Positions 1 to 8,184 of a stretch of DNA of 64,000 nucleotides are shown piece by piece. Position numbers and translations under genes: made by a program. This stretch comes from Methanofastidiosum sp. (GTDB taxonomy: Archaea; Methanobacteriota_B; Thermococci; Methanofastidiosales; Methanofastidiosaceae): assembly GCA_013178285.1 (NCBI GenBank), contig JABLXD010000012.1:5174-69173 (forward strand), written 5' to 3'. The notes under the pieces were generated by a model that saw nothing but the letters and a program-made list of their open reading frames with translations, was not told the origin of the DNA and did no database searches. Position 1 is the stretch's first letter, and the number at the start of each line of letters is the position of its first letter.

Positions 1-647
1 TCAACTAGTATTTCTCCATTGTCCATAATAACAAGCCTATCGCAGAGACGTGCAGCCTCTTCCATGTAGTGAGTTGTTATGATAACAGTTATCCCTTTTG
101 AGGAAAGATCCTTTAGTTTTTCCCAGATCAGATGCCTTGCCTGAGGGTCAAGGCCTGTAGTTGGCTCATCCAAAATCAATAGCTTGGGCTCATTGATCAT
201 TGCTCTTGCGAGTACAAGCCTTCTCTTCATCCCCCCAGAAAGCTTTTCAACAGAACTATCCTTTTTTTCTGTTAGTTGCACATACTCGATAAGTTCATTA
301 GCACGTTTCTTTGCTTCATCTATGGGTATGTCAAAATACCTGGAATACTGGATAAGGTTTCCAATAACTGAGAAATCCGGGTCAAGATTATCCATCTGAG
401 GAACGACGCCCATAAGCTTCTTTATTTCTTTTTGATTGCGTTCAACATCAAGGCCAAATACCTTTAATTCTCCACCCGTCTTCGGCGAAACACACTGGAT
501 CATCTTCATTGTTGTCGTTTTACCTGCCCCATTTGGTCCTAAAAAGCCAAAAACCTGCCCTTCATTTACCTTGAAATTGATCTTATTGACAGCTATAACA
601 TCACTGAATTTCTTTTCAAGATTTTTGGCCTCAAGGACTATAGTCAA
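1..647 (-). CDS. ABC transporter ATP-binding protein (ABC-2/CcmA-like); partial, C-terminus lies beyond the window start
   Basis: Reverse-strand translation from a TTG at 647 gives ...FGFLGPNGAGKTTTMKMI (Walker A), LSGGMKRRLVLARAM (ABC signature), LLILDEPTTGLD (Walker B), ITVIITTHYMEEAARLCDRLVIM. The ORF track misses it because it runs off the window edge and uses an alternative start. A stop lies just upstream of the TTG. Confidence 0.8.
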   Translation of the reverse strand, partial: MTIVLEAKNLEKKFSDVIAVNKINFKVNEGQVFGFLGPNGAGKTTTMKMIQCVSPKTGGELKVFGLDVERNQKEIKKLMGVVPQMDNLDPDFSVIGNLIQYSRYFDIPIDEAKKRANELIEYVQLTEKKDSSVEKLSGGMKRRLVLARAMINEPKLLILDEPTTGLDPQARHLIWEKLKDLSSKGITVIITTHYMEEAARLCDRLVIMDNGEILV

Positions 648-955
648 GTACTCACCAGTTGAAAAATTGTTCCTAATTATAAAAGTCTTTACTAATCGAT
701 TAATTTATATATTAGTTGTTCCAAACATTATATTGGGAGAAAAATGGCATCTATTGTGTACCTGTATATTGCAATAGCCAATTTTGTTTTGCTTCTAATT
801 GTTTATTCATCCCTTGTAAAAAATAAAAATAAAATCAAATATCTATACGCCCTTGGGATAACTGAAGTGCTGTGGGTAGTGTTATACATATTTCCTTTCA
901 GGAAATTCACATCTGACTTTGTTGACTGTATAATAAAATTACTTTAATTGATATT

Positions 956-1951
956 ATGCCGAGCTATTCTAACAACTGGAAGGTATGTCTAAAATTTAGC
1001 CCAGTTAGCAATCTTATCCTATCAAATAGTAAAGCGATAAACTATTTCACAAGGATAGAGTTGTTTGATGAAGATCCTGGAACTATTGAAGCGTTATGGG
1101 AACTTCCAGGTGCAGTATCCCTATTGAACAAACAACAGGAAGATGGATCGTGGAAATATTCTGGAGGTAAAGAGGAGATCCGCTCACAGATGAATTACAA
1201 TCAGCTTGAAACCTATCGAATAATGCGAGTTTTAATCGAAAAGTACGGCCTAAACAGCACAAATAATGCAATTTCAAGAGCCTGTGAATTTCTATTTTCA
1301 TTCCAAACTGACGAAGGGGATTTTAGAGGCATATACGGGAACGAATACACCCCAAATTACTCTGCAGGCATAATGGAGATGTTGATAAAGGCAGGCTATG
1401 GAAAAGATGACAGGATTGATCTTGGCATCAATTGGCTTTTGTCGATGAGGCAAAATGATGGGGGATGGGCCATACCTTTTAGGACTACAAAGTGCAAGAT
1501 ATCTGAAGTATTCTATAAAGATGAGAGAATTGAACCAATCAAAAATGATCCAACTAAGCCGTCTTCTCATTTAGTAACTGGGATAGTTTTAAGGGCCTTT
1601 GCAGCACATGGGCACTACAGAAAAACAAATGAAATAAGAAAAGCCGGAGCGTTTCTCAAATCACAATTTTTTAAGAAAGACAACTATAATGATCACGGCT
1701 CACCCGAGTACTGGGGGAAGCTAGCTTACCCTTTCTGGTGGACAGATATTGTTTCCTCTCTTGATTCCCTTTCCAAACTCAAATTTACTAAAGAAGACTA
1801 CGACGTCAAGAGGGGGCTAGATTATTTAATTGAAAATCAAAGACCTGATGGGACATGGAAAGTATATTATGGGCTTCCAAAGGACGATGAAAACGATTTA
1901 TGGATTACCCTGGCAATTTGCAGGTTATTTAAGAGATTTTATTCAATTTGA
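956..1951 (+). CDS. Prenyltransferase/squalene-oxidase (PFTB, alpha-alpha toroid) repeat protein, cytoplasmic
   Basis: 331-aa ORF with repeated Q/N-x-x-DG-[ST/G]-W motifs (QQEDGSWKY, QNDGGWAIPF, QRPDGTWKVY) typical of terpenoid cyclase / protein prenyltransferase beta-subunit repeats. No signal peptide. The exact start is uncertain. Confidence 0.5.
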   Translation: MPSYSNNWKVCLKFSPVSNLILSNSKAINYFTRIELFDEDPGTIEALWELPGAVSLLNKQQEDGSWKYSGGKEEIRSQMNYNQLETYRIMRVLIEKYGLNSTNNAISRACEFLFSFQTDEGDFRGIYGNEYTPNYSAGIMEMLIKAGYGKDDRIDLGINWLLSMRQNDGGWAIPFRTTKCKISEVFYKDERIEPIKNDPTKPSSHLVTGIVLRAFAAHGHYRKTNEIRKAGAFLKSQFFKKDNYNDHGSPEYWGKLAYPFWWTDIVSSLDSLSKLKFTKEDYDVKRGLDYLIENQRPDGTWKVYYGLPKDDENDLWITLAICRLFKRFYSI

Positions 1952-1999
1952 AAGAATCCGATAGTTTTAAATATCGATTACTATCATTAATTTGTAATA

Positions 2000-3256
2000 A
2001 TGGTGTCAATTATGAAAGGAAAAATTGCTATATTAATTTCTTTATTAATTGTTGTTTCTTTTATATCAGGATGTACGACTTCTGAGGTCTTTGTCAATAA
2101 TAGTGAATTCTACGGCTGCGTTCAAGAGCCTGTTGTAATGGATGAAGAACTGCAAAACGGGCTAAATCAAATATATGAAGGATACCTTGCTGAATGCCAG
2201 CAAGAATGCCCTACCTGCAACTGTGAAGCTGATGCAAAGATAGAAACTTTTATGGGATTAGCAGATGTATGGATACCGGGGCTATTAGGTAAGAGAGTAA
2301 CCCTACCATTTTCTTATAACATTGATAGGTGCTCACCTTCTCAGCATTATCGCCTTAATAATGCCGATTTAGGTATGGACATCAGAAAATGTCCTGAATT
2401 AACTATGAATATCAATGATTCTGGCCTTAGCATATATTCTTTACCTTATACATCATTCTTACCGTATGCCCTTGAATACATAGATATACCCATAACAGAG
2501 AATGGGTGTATTCCAACTTCCTTTAAAAATCAAAATCTTCCACCCAATAGCAAATGCCAACTAAAAGAAGATTATCTTTTGGTTATTACTTCAGAATCTC
2601 CAAACCTAATCCTTAACGGAAATGGAATAAAGCCACTGGAAGATGAAACTAGTAGTTACTATACATACATATTATATTTCTATTCAGGTTGGGACAAAGC
2701 TTTAATTGATGATTTTCTAGCAAATTATCCCTCGGGTCCATTCGATTTATCTGGAGTTTATGCCTATAACGAAATCCCTTCAAGTATCAATATTACATAC
2801 GATAAATGGGAAGGTCAGCCTACTACAAATGTATTTCTTTACAGAGAATGCTGCTGGCACTGTAATCCAAAACCTTCACTTCCTGCAACTATCCTTTATC
2901 CAAAAGTTGACATAGAAAGCTTTACATTAACTAACGGAGATGCAATTGTAAAAGATGGGAAGATAATCTCCTCATTTACTGTTGCGCCTGGAGTTCAAAA
3001 TACAACTATAGGTGTTGAGAACAGAGGATTCTTTACCCAAAACAACGTTTACATTAAGTTTGTCGGATTGCCAGAAGGGATAGAAGCCAGCACAATGCCA
3101 GAATTACAAAAGATTAAAGCACATAATATTGGCACCTATGAAACTACTTTTACCGTTGAACCAAATGTACCTTCAGGTACATACAAGATATCTCTGATCG
3201 CTTATTCTCAAAATGGAATACTTGATACAATAATCATGGATCTAGTAATTCCATAA
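2000..3256 (+). CDS. Cys-rich secreted lipoprotein (hypothetical), C-terminal beta-sandwich (CARDB/DUF11-like) region
   Basis: 418-aa ORF with N-terminal signal/TM followed by the lipobox-like ISGC. About 14 Cys, including CQQECPTCNCE and RECCWHCNP. C-terminal segments FTVAPGVQNTTIGVENRG and TFTVEPNVPSGTYKISLIAYS resemble archaeal surface-protein beta-sandwich repeats. Confidence 0.55.
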   Translation: MVSIMKGKIAILISLLIVVSFISGCTTSEVFVNNSEFYGCVQEPVVMDEELQNGLNQIYEGYLAECQQECPTCNCEADAKIETFMGLADVWIPGLLGKRVTLPFSYNIDRCSPSQHYRLNNADLGMDIRKCPELTMNINDSGLSIYSLPYTSFLPYALEYIDIPITENGCIPTSFKNQNLPPNSKCQLKEDYLLVITSESPNLILNGNGIKPLEDETSSYYTYILYFYSGWDKALIDDFLANYPSGPFDLSGVYAYNEIPSSINITYDKWEGQPTTNVFLYRECCWHCNPKPSLPATILYPKVDIESFTLTNGDAIVKDGKIISSFTVAPGVQNTTIGVENRGFFTQNNVYIKFVGLPEGIEASTMPELQKIKAHNIGTYETTFTVEPNVPSGTYKISLIAYSQNGILDTIIMDLVIP

Positions 3257-3316
3257 ATTTATTAATTTTTAATTTTTAAATTAAATATATATAGTAAAAG
3301 TTCCTAGATAGATTGG

Positions 3317-4750
3317 ATGATAAGAAATAAATTAATGGATATTGGGTTATACTCTCTTACCTTAAATCCCATAATTAAATATTCTATTAATCAAATAACA
3401 ACTAAGTGCGCCAAATGTAATAAAACAGTTTTAGAACAAATAATAAACAGTATAGAAACTGGAGAAGATCCTAAATTGTGCAATAGATGCTCTCTTTTAT
3501 TTCGACTTTACGTGCCATGGATTCCTATTTTACATCTTTTTGGTTTTGCAGTTAGCAGGGAGTCTTTTGAAAATGTTCCGACTTTTAATGAAGGATATTC
3601 ACTTAAGTCATATTCCTTGGGTGCCCATTCTTTCTTAAAAGGAGTGTCATCTTTTGGGTACAGGAAACCGTTGATATTTAATTCGCCAATATCTGTTGTT
3701 TTAGAATTAACTAGATTATGCAATCTTAATTGTAACTACTGTTATGTCAACACTTTTAATTCTGATTTAAATAAGCAAAAATATAACTTAGATTTATCAA
3801 CTGAGGAATGGTTTAAGGCAATAGATATTCTAAAAGAAACAGGAGTAGCTTCTCTTGTTTTTTCAGGAGGCGAACCATTAATTAGAGATGACTTTTTTAC
3901 AATTGCTAGTTATTCCAATAAACTGGGTTTTGCGACGTCTCTTGCAACAAATGGAACGCTATTAGATGAGGATATGGCTAAGAATATCAAAGAATCTGGA
4001 ATAAGCTATGTAGAAATAAGCATATTTAGTTCTATTGAAGAAACAAATGATGCCCACAGGAAAAATGATTCTTTTATGAAATCTATAAATGCTATTAAAT
4101 TCTGTAAAGAACAAGGTATTACAGTTGGCTTATCTCTGACTCTTACTAGCCTCGTAAAAGATGAGGTATCAAGCTTTTTAGAACTTGCAAAAAATACGGG
4201 CACTGATGTGTGTATATTCCTAAATTATGTCCCACATGGAAATGGAAATGACCCTCTGGCCCTAAATAATGGGGACAAAGAAAAAGTTCTAATTGAAATA
4301 TTAAACAAGCGCAATGAATATGATCAATACTTTAGAAAAATTGTAGTGCTACAAGCCCCAGAAATTTCTCAGCTCCATTTTGAAAAACAAAATAATAAAG
4401 AACTCATGCAGATTGGATTTACTAAATTTGATAAACCCGGATGGGGCAGATTTATAGAATATGTTGGGGGATGCTCTGCAGGAAGATTTCTTTTGGCAGT
4501 ATCTAATGAAGGAGCTATTATGCCCTGCCCTTTTCTTAGAATGGATTTGGGCAATGTTCTAGAAGTGGATCTTGATTCAATATGGAGAGATAACATTGCA
4601 TTGACTCAAATGAGAGACAGAAAAAGATGGGAAGGCAAGTGTGGAACTTGCAAATACAAAATAGTTTGTGGCGGATGCAGGGCTAGAGCCTATATTAACT
4701 CAAAAAACATACTTGCTGAAGATCCGTCCTGCTCTTATACCGGCTTTTAA
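3317..4750 (+). CDS. Radical SAM / SPASM-domain enzyme with N-terminal 4-Cys (rubredoxin/zinc-ribbon-like) module; tetraether-synthase(Tes/GDGT-MAS)-like or peptide/protein maturase
   Basis: CxxxCxxC radical SAM motif (LTRLCNLNCNYCYV) followed by GGEPL. A C-terminal SPASM-type Cys cluster (GGCSAGRF...MPCPF...CGTCKYKIVCGGCRARAY...DPSCSY). N-terminal CAKC...(x22)...CNRCS 4-Cys module. 477 aa. Confidence 0.85.
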   Translation: MIRNKLMDIGLYSLTLNPIIKYSINQITTKCAKCNKTVLEQIINSIETGEDPKLCNRCSLLFRLYVPWIPILHLFGFAVSRESFENVPTFNEGYSLKSYSLGAHSFLKGVSSFGYRKPLIFNSPISVVLELTRLCNLNCNYCYVNTFNSDLNKQKYNLDLSTEEWFKAIDILKETGVASLVFSGGEPLIRDDFFTIASYSNKLGFATSLATNGTLLDEDMAKNIKESGISYVEISIFSSIEETNDAHRKNDSFMKSINAIKFCKEQGITVGLSLTLTSLVKDEVSSFLELAKNTGTDVCIFLNYVPHGNGNDPLALNNGDKEKVLIEILNKRNEYDQYFRKIVVLQAPEISQLHFEKQNNKELMQIGFTKFDKPGWGRFIEYVGGCSAGRFLLAVSNEGAIMPCPFLRMDLGNVLEVDLDSIWRDNIALTQMRDRKRWEGKCGTCKYKIVCGGCRARAYINSKNILAEDPSCSYTGF

Positions 4751-5268
4751 CTCAATTAGGGCGGGCTATTCAACTAAAATACTCTATTCTAGAAACCCTC
4801 ATCACTCTATTTTTAAAAACCTCAAAAAATTCAAAAATTCAATTTTGTAACAATATATATTATTTATTATATATGATTAAATAATTATTGCATTTATTTT
4901 TAAAAATTTTAGGCTATACTAAAATTGCTATTTTTGAAAAATCAGCTTAAAAATTGCCTGAAGCCGAGCCATAAAAATTTCAAAAAATCATGAAAATAAC
5001 AATATATATGCCATATAATATATTTTTGAATAATTATTGCACTAATTAAAATTTTAGATATTCCTAATTTTAAATTATCTAAGGATCTTGAGATTGAAAC
5101 CCAATTACCATGTTTTTTTGTAGTTTCTTCTTGCAAAGCTACTCCATTGAACTCACTGTTTCCTAGTCGTATTTTACTTGTGCAAAGTACCCTAGTTTCT
5201 TTGAATAATCGAGTAACGTGAGAAAAATGCAAACACTCTGCTTTATATTCATATAATAACAATTAGCA

Positions 5269-5282
5269 TAAATTGCAATAAT
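5269..5282. promoter_or_regulatory. Palindromic motif copy (core AATTGCAAT; extended consensus ATAATTGCAATTAT), site 1 upstream of small gene 5489..5686
   Basis: Sequence taaattgcaataat. The 10-mer AATTGCAATT is its own reverse complement. One of six copies confined to 5269–7068. Confidence 0.5.
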
Positions 5283-5320
5283 TTTATAAAATTATATAAT
5301 ATAGAATATAATAATGAATA

Positions 5321-5334
5321 ATAATTGCAATTAC
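5321..5334. promoter_or_regulatory. Palindromic motif copy, site 2 (52 bp from site 1)
   Basis: Sequence ataattgcaattac. Centre-to-centre distance to site 1 is 52 bp. It lies about 160 bp upstream of the ATG at 5489. Confidence 0.5.
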
Positions 5335-5488
5335 CAATTAACATTAAGTTAAAGATTATTATTGAAATTGGATTACCAAAAATTTTTTACAGAATTTTTA
5401 AAATGAAAATGGAATCGGAATTCATTTACCAACTTTTTATAGGGGATAAAAATAAATACTTTGCCGCCCTAAGTAATAAGGTGAGAAT

Positions 5489-5686
5489 ATGGGATTAATG
5501 TCTTGGATAGATAAAAAATCAGGAAAATTAAGCGCCTGGGATATTGCATTTGTTAAAATTGGCGCAATGATCTTTGGCCTTATTATTGGAGCTTACTTCC
5601 CAGTTTTAATAAAACAATACGTTGTACTGCTTATAGTGCTTTTTATACTATTTTCCGCGAAACCTGTTTATGCTGCTTTCAAATAA
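5489..5686 (+). CDS. Small single-TM membrane protein (65 aa), paralog A
   Basis: MGLMSWIDKKSGKLSAWDIAFVKIGAMIFGLIIGAYFPVLIKQYVVLLIVLFILFSAKPVYAAFK. Clear paralog (about 50% identity by eye) of the 63-aa ORF at 6132..6323. Conservation of two copies argues both are real. Confidence 0.55.
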   Translation: MGLMSWIDKKSGKLSAWDIAFVKIGAMIFGLIIGAYFPVLIKQYVVLLIVLFILFSAKPVYAAFK

Positions 5687-5966
5687 ATTCACGGAAATAC
5701 TTTTTTATCCTATTACCCCGGGCTTATTTGAATAAAAAGAAGGACTTTAGATACCTTAATAATAAGTAAACTAGAGTATATCCTAATTGAATAACGCTGA
5801 AAATAACTGCGCGATCTTATGTCTAAAACCGCCTTTAGTTTGAGTCCTAATTATCCCTAAAAAGGTCCTAATATCGTCCTTTTTTAGCGAAATTTACGCG
5901 AAAACCGTCATTACTACGTATAATATACATTATACGCAATATTTGGATATAACTCAAGCACAAAAA

Positions 5967-6003
5967 GTAGGTCAAAAGTGGGTCGAAAGTAGGCCAAAAA
6001 GAG
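5967..6003. repeat. Three tandem imperfect ~12-nt units (AGTAGGTCAAAAGT / GGGTCGAAAGT / AGGCCAAAAAG) in a 445-bp non-coding spacer
   Basis: Read directly: gtaggtcaaaagtgggtcgaaagtaggccaaaaag, pattern RGGYCRAAARNG x3. Locally GC-richer than the surroundings. No ORF covers it. Confidence 0.4.
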
Positions 6004-6131
6004 CCTTTTTCCATATTTCTACCCATTTCGACTATAAACAAGATATTACCGTTTAACTATAAAAATCTTAGTATTACTAAAAAGCGCTTTTTTATTTGTT
6101 TAGGGTAGCTTAGATAAAAATAAAGTATGTT

Positions 6132-6323
6132 TTAGCGAAATGCATCATAGACGGGTTTTATTGAAAATAGCAAAGTAAGTATTATGAATACTATCAGATA
6201 CTGCCTCACAAAGGGAGATATGTAAGCACCGACAATAATCCCAAAAAACATTGCAGCAAACTTAACTAAGCCGATATCCCACACATTTAACTTCTTCCCT
6301 TTCTCATCGATATAGGAATCCAA
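6132..6323 (-). CDS. Small single-TM membrane protein (63 aa), paralog B
   Basis: MDSYIDEKGKKLNVWDIGLVKFAAMFFGIIVGAYISPFVRQYLIVFIILTLLFSIKPVYDAFR. Paralog of 5489..5686 and convergent with it. Confidence 0.55.
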   Translation of the reverse strand: MDSYIDEKGKKLNVWDIGLVKFAAMFFGIIVGAYISPFVRQYLIVFIILTLLFSIKPVYDAFR

Positions 6324-6421
6324 TCCCCTAAGATCGCCCCATCATATAAGAATCTTAACTATTTATATCTACCCGTTAAAACTTTGGGAATTGAATATCG
6401 ATTCCACTTCCAAACTTAAGA

Positions 6422-6435
6422 TAAATTGCAATAAA
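6422..6435. promoter_or_regulatory. Palindromic motif copy, site 3
   Basis: Sequence taaattgcaataaa, about 100 bp upstream of the minus-strand start at 6323. The flank is near-identical to site 1 (ataaattgcaataa). Confidence 0.5.
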
Positions 6436-6487
6436 TTTACATTATTATATTATTGAGTATATAATTTTAAATAATATTTGCAAAAGA

Positions 6488-6501
6488 TAAATTGCAATTA
6501 T
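6488..6501. promoter_or_regulatory. Palindromic motif copy, site 4
   Basis: Sequence taaattgcaattat, a near-perfect 14-bp palindrome. Confidence 0.5.
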
Positions 6502-6539
6502 CTTTCAATATAATATTATGCAAAATATATTTTTATAAA

Positions 6540-6553
6540 ATTATTGCAATTCT
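6540..6553. promoter_or_regulatory. Palindromic motif copy, site 5 (52 bp from site 4)
   Basis: Sequence tttattgcaattct with the palindromic core attgcaat. Overlaps the stop of the 108-aa ORF 6541..6867. Confidence 0.4.
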
Positions 6554-6867
6554 TCTTTGTTTTTATTTTCCCTATTCATCATGAAGGGCAAAGTAGTATA
6601 TGAGGTCGCTATTAATGCAATCCCGATTATCCCAATCACTCTCGCAATTGATACAGTATTCTCCCCAAGCAAAGCGCCATTAATCATCAAGAAAGCCCCT
6701 ATCAATGACAAGAAAAGCCCTATTATGAACTGGATAGCCGCCCTTTTCTTATGGATATTCCCTTTATTCTGGGCCGAAGATCTTTTTGGGCCAGTAAATG
6801 CCACAAAAAGCGCAAGAGCTAATAAAAGTACGCCTATAATAATTAGTATTATTGGCAGATTTACCAT
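6541..6867 (-). CDS. Small membrane protein (108 aa, 2–3 TM helices), hypothetical
   Basis: MVNLPIILIIIGVLLLALALFVAF...FIIGLFLSLIGAFLMINGALLG...IGIIGIALIATSY: coherent TM helices separated by a basic loop. The fully overlapping plus-strand ORF 6557..6871 is taken as its antisense shadow. Confidence 0.4.
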   Translation of the reverse strand: MVNLPIILIIIGVLLLALALFVAFTGPKRSSAQNKGNIHKKRAAIQFIIGLFLSLIGAFLMINGALLGENTVSIARVIGIIGIALIATSYTTLPFMMNRENKNKEELQ

Positions 6868-6967
6868 ATAAATTATATAAAATTGGCATATTTAAGTGTT
6901 TCGTTTATTAAATTATTTTGAAAAAAATTATATTTTAATGAATATTAATACATTAAATCAAAATATT

Positions 6968-7040
6968 GGTAATTCGTTACTAAATTCTATTGTCGAATTC
7001 ATTAAATTCAAATGCTGGTAATTCGTTACCAAATTCCATT
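6968..7040. promoter_or_regulatory. Pair of 24-bp direct repeats (GGTAATTCGTTACYAAATTCYATT) with 49-bp period, upstream of gene 7313..8140
   Basis: ggtaattcgttactaaattctatt at 6968–6991 and ggtaattcgttaccaaattccatt at 7017–7040 (22/24 identical). Confidence 0.45.
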
Positions 7041-7054
7041 TTAGAGCATAAAAA

Positions 7055-7068
7055 TAATTGCAATAATT
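7055..7068. promoter_or_regulatory. Palindromic motif copy, site 6
   Basis: Sequence ataattgcaataat, about 245 bp upstream of the ATG at 7313. Confidence 0.45.
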
Positions 7069-7312
7069 ATTATAATATATATCATATATAATATATATTG
7101 TTACAAAATTGAATTTTTGAATTTTTTCATGTTTTTAAAAATTGGTGATAGAGGAAATTTTAATTGAGTTTTGGCTGATTTAAGGGGCTAAAATGGAGAA
7201 GTTCGAATAGTATCGCCCAGGATATATGTTGTTATATCTGGATATTTTCAAAGAAATAGAAATCGACTATAAAATAGAATGATTTATCTATTAAACAAAT
7301 TATTGACTGTCG

Positions 7313-8140
7313 ATGGAAAATAATAAGATAATATTAATAGTATTACCATTTTTTTTAATTATCGGCACTTTATTTATTGTTCAGGTTAATAATTATAACC
7401 AGAACTTAGAAAAAGACTTAGTAAAAATAAATAGTTTTTATAGTATTAATAACGATTCATATTCAGAAGATTTAAGTTTCGATTATGACTATTATCAAAA
7501 GGATCCATATAATAAAAATATCTTTAATTCTAGTATAATCAGTTATAAATCTCTTCGCGTGAATTTTGGTAAAACTGAAACATCACTTATTCTTGAATTT
7601 CATACATTGAGAAAAGTAAAGGACAAATGGCTTTATTTATATATAAACAATTACTACTCATATTATTTTTTTGGAATAGATGAAATAAAATCTATAAAAA
7701 TAAAAAATAAAGAAGGGAAAGAAAAAACATATGACAAAGAAGATTTAGTAGATAAATGGTTTACAAATGGTAATCTAAAATTAGATCATGAAATGTTTAA
7801 TTCAGAATTCGACGAATATACAATAGAAATACTTATGGAACCTATGCCAATAAAAACAAATGAAATAATAATTCAGAATTGTATACGGGATATAAATTAT
7901 TATTTTGGGTGGAATGCTGATGAGTTTGTTTATATTAGTTCAAATGTTGGGAGAACGAACAACAATGTTATTTATTATTCACCAACAAATATTTCACCAA
8001 TGAATACAAAAATAGAAACTACCATAATTAGAGACAAAACAAAAAATGATTGGAACCTATATATCCAATTTCTAGCAAATGCTCTTGCATTTTCAGTTGT
8101 AATTGTTTCTGCAGGGAAGTATCTACTAGGAAAAAAATAA
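7313..8140 (+). CDS. Hypothetical membrane-anchored protein (N-terminal TM, C-terminal TM plus basic tail)
   Basis: 275-aa ORF with N-terminal IILIVLPFFLIIGTLFIV, an N/Y/K-rich body and a C-terminal FLANALAFSVVIVSAGKYLLGKK. No recognisable catalytic motif. Confidence 0.45.
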   Translation: MENNKIILIVLPFFLIIGTLFIVQVNNYNQNLEKDLVKINSFYSINNDSYSEDLSFDYDYYQKDPYNKNIFNSSIISYKSLRVNFGKTETSLILEFHTLRKVKDKWLYLYINNYYSYYFFGIDEIKSIKIKNKEGKEKTYDKEDLVDKWFTNGNLKLDHEMFNSEFDEYTIEILMEPMPIKTNEIIIQNCIRDINYYFGWNADEFVYISSNVGRTNNNVIYYSPTNISPMNTKIETTIIRDKTKNDWNLYIQFLANALAFSVVIVSAGKYLLGKK

Positions 8141-8184
8141 TAATGGTTAAGATTTTAGTTTAATTAGTAAAAATATAATTATCC

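Noticed and set aside
184-777. Plus-strand ORFs 184..399 and 436..777 (71 and 113 aa)
   Set aside because: They lie antisense within the well-supported minus-strand ABC ATPase gene (Walker A/B and signature motifs read on the other strand). The sequences are low-complexity.
744-947. 67-aa hydrophobic ORF between divergent genes
   Set aside because: It sits in an AT-rich divergent promoter region where T-rich codons produce pseudo-TM ORFs by chance. No start context or homology.
4942-5262. 106-aa minus-strand ORF in 4751–5488
   Set aside because: Embedded in a very AT-rich non-coding tract. The composition is Lys/Ile/Phe/Asn-biased with no motif. Likely a chance ORF.
6557-6871. 104-aa plus-strand ORF fully overlapping 6541..6867 (minus)
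   Set aside because: The two are mutually exclusive. The minus-strand frame gives cleaner TM helices with a basic loop. The plus-strand ORF is its antisense shadow.
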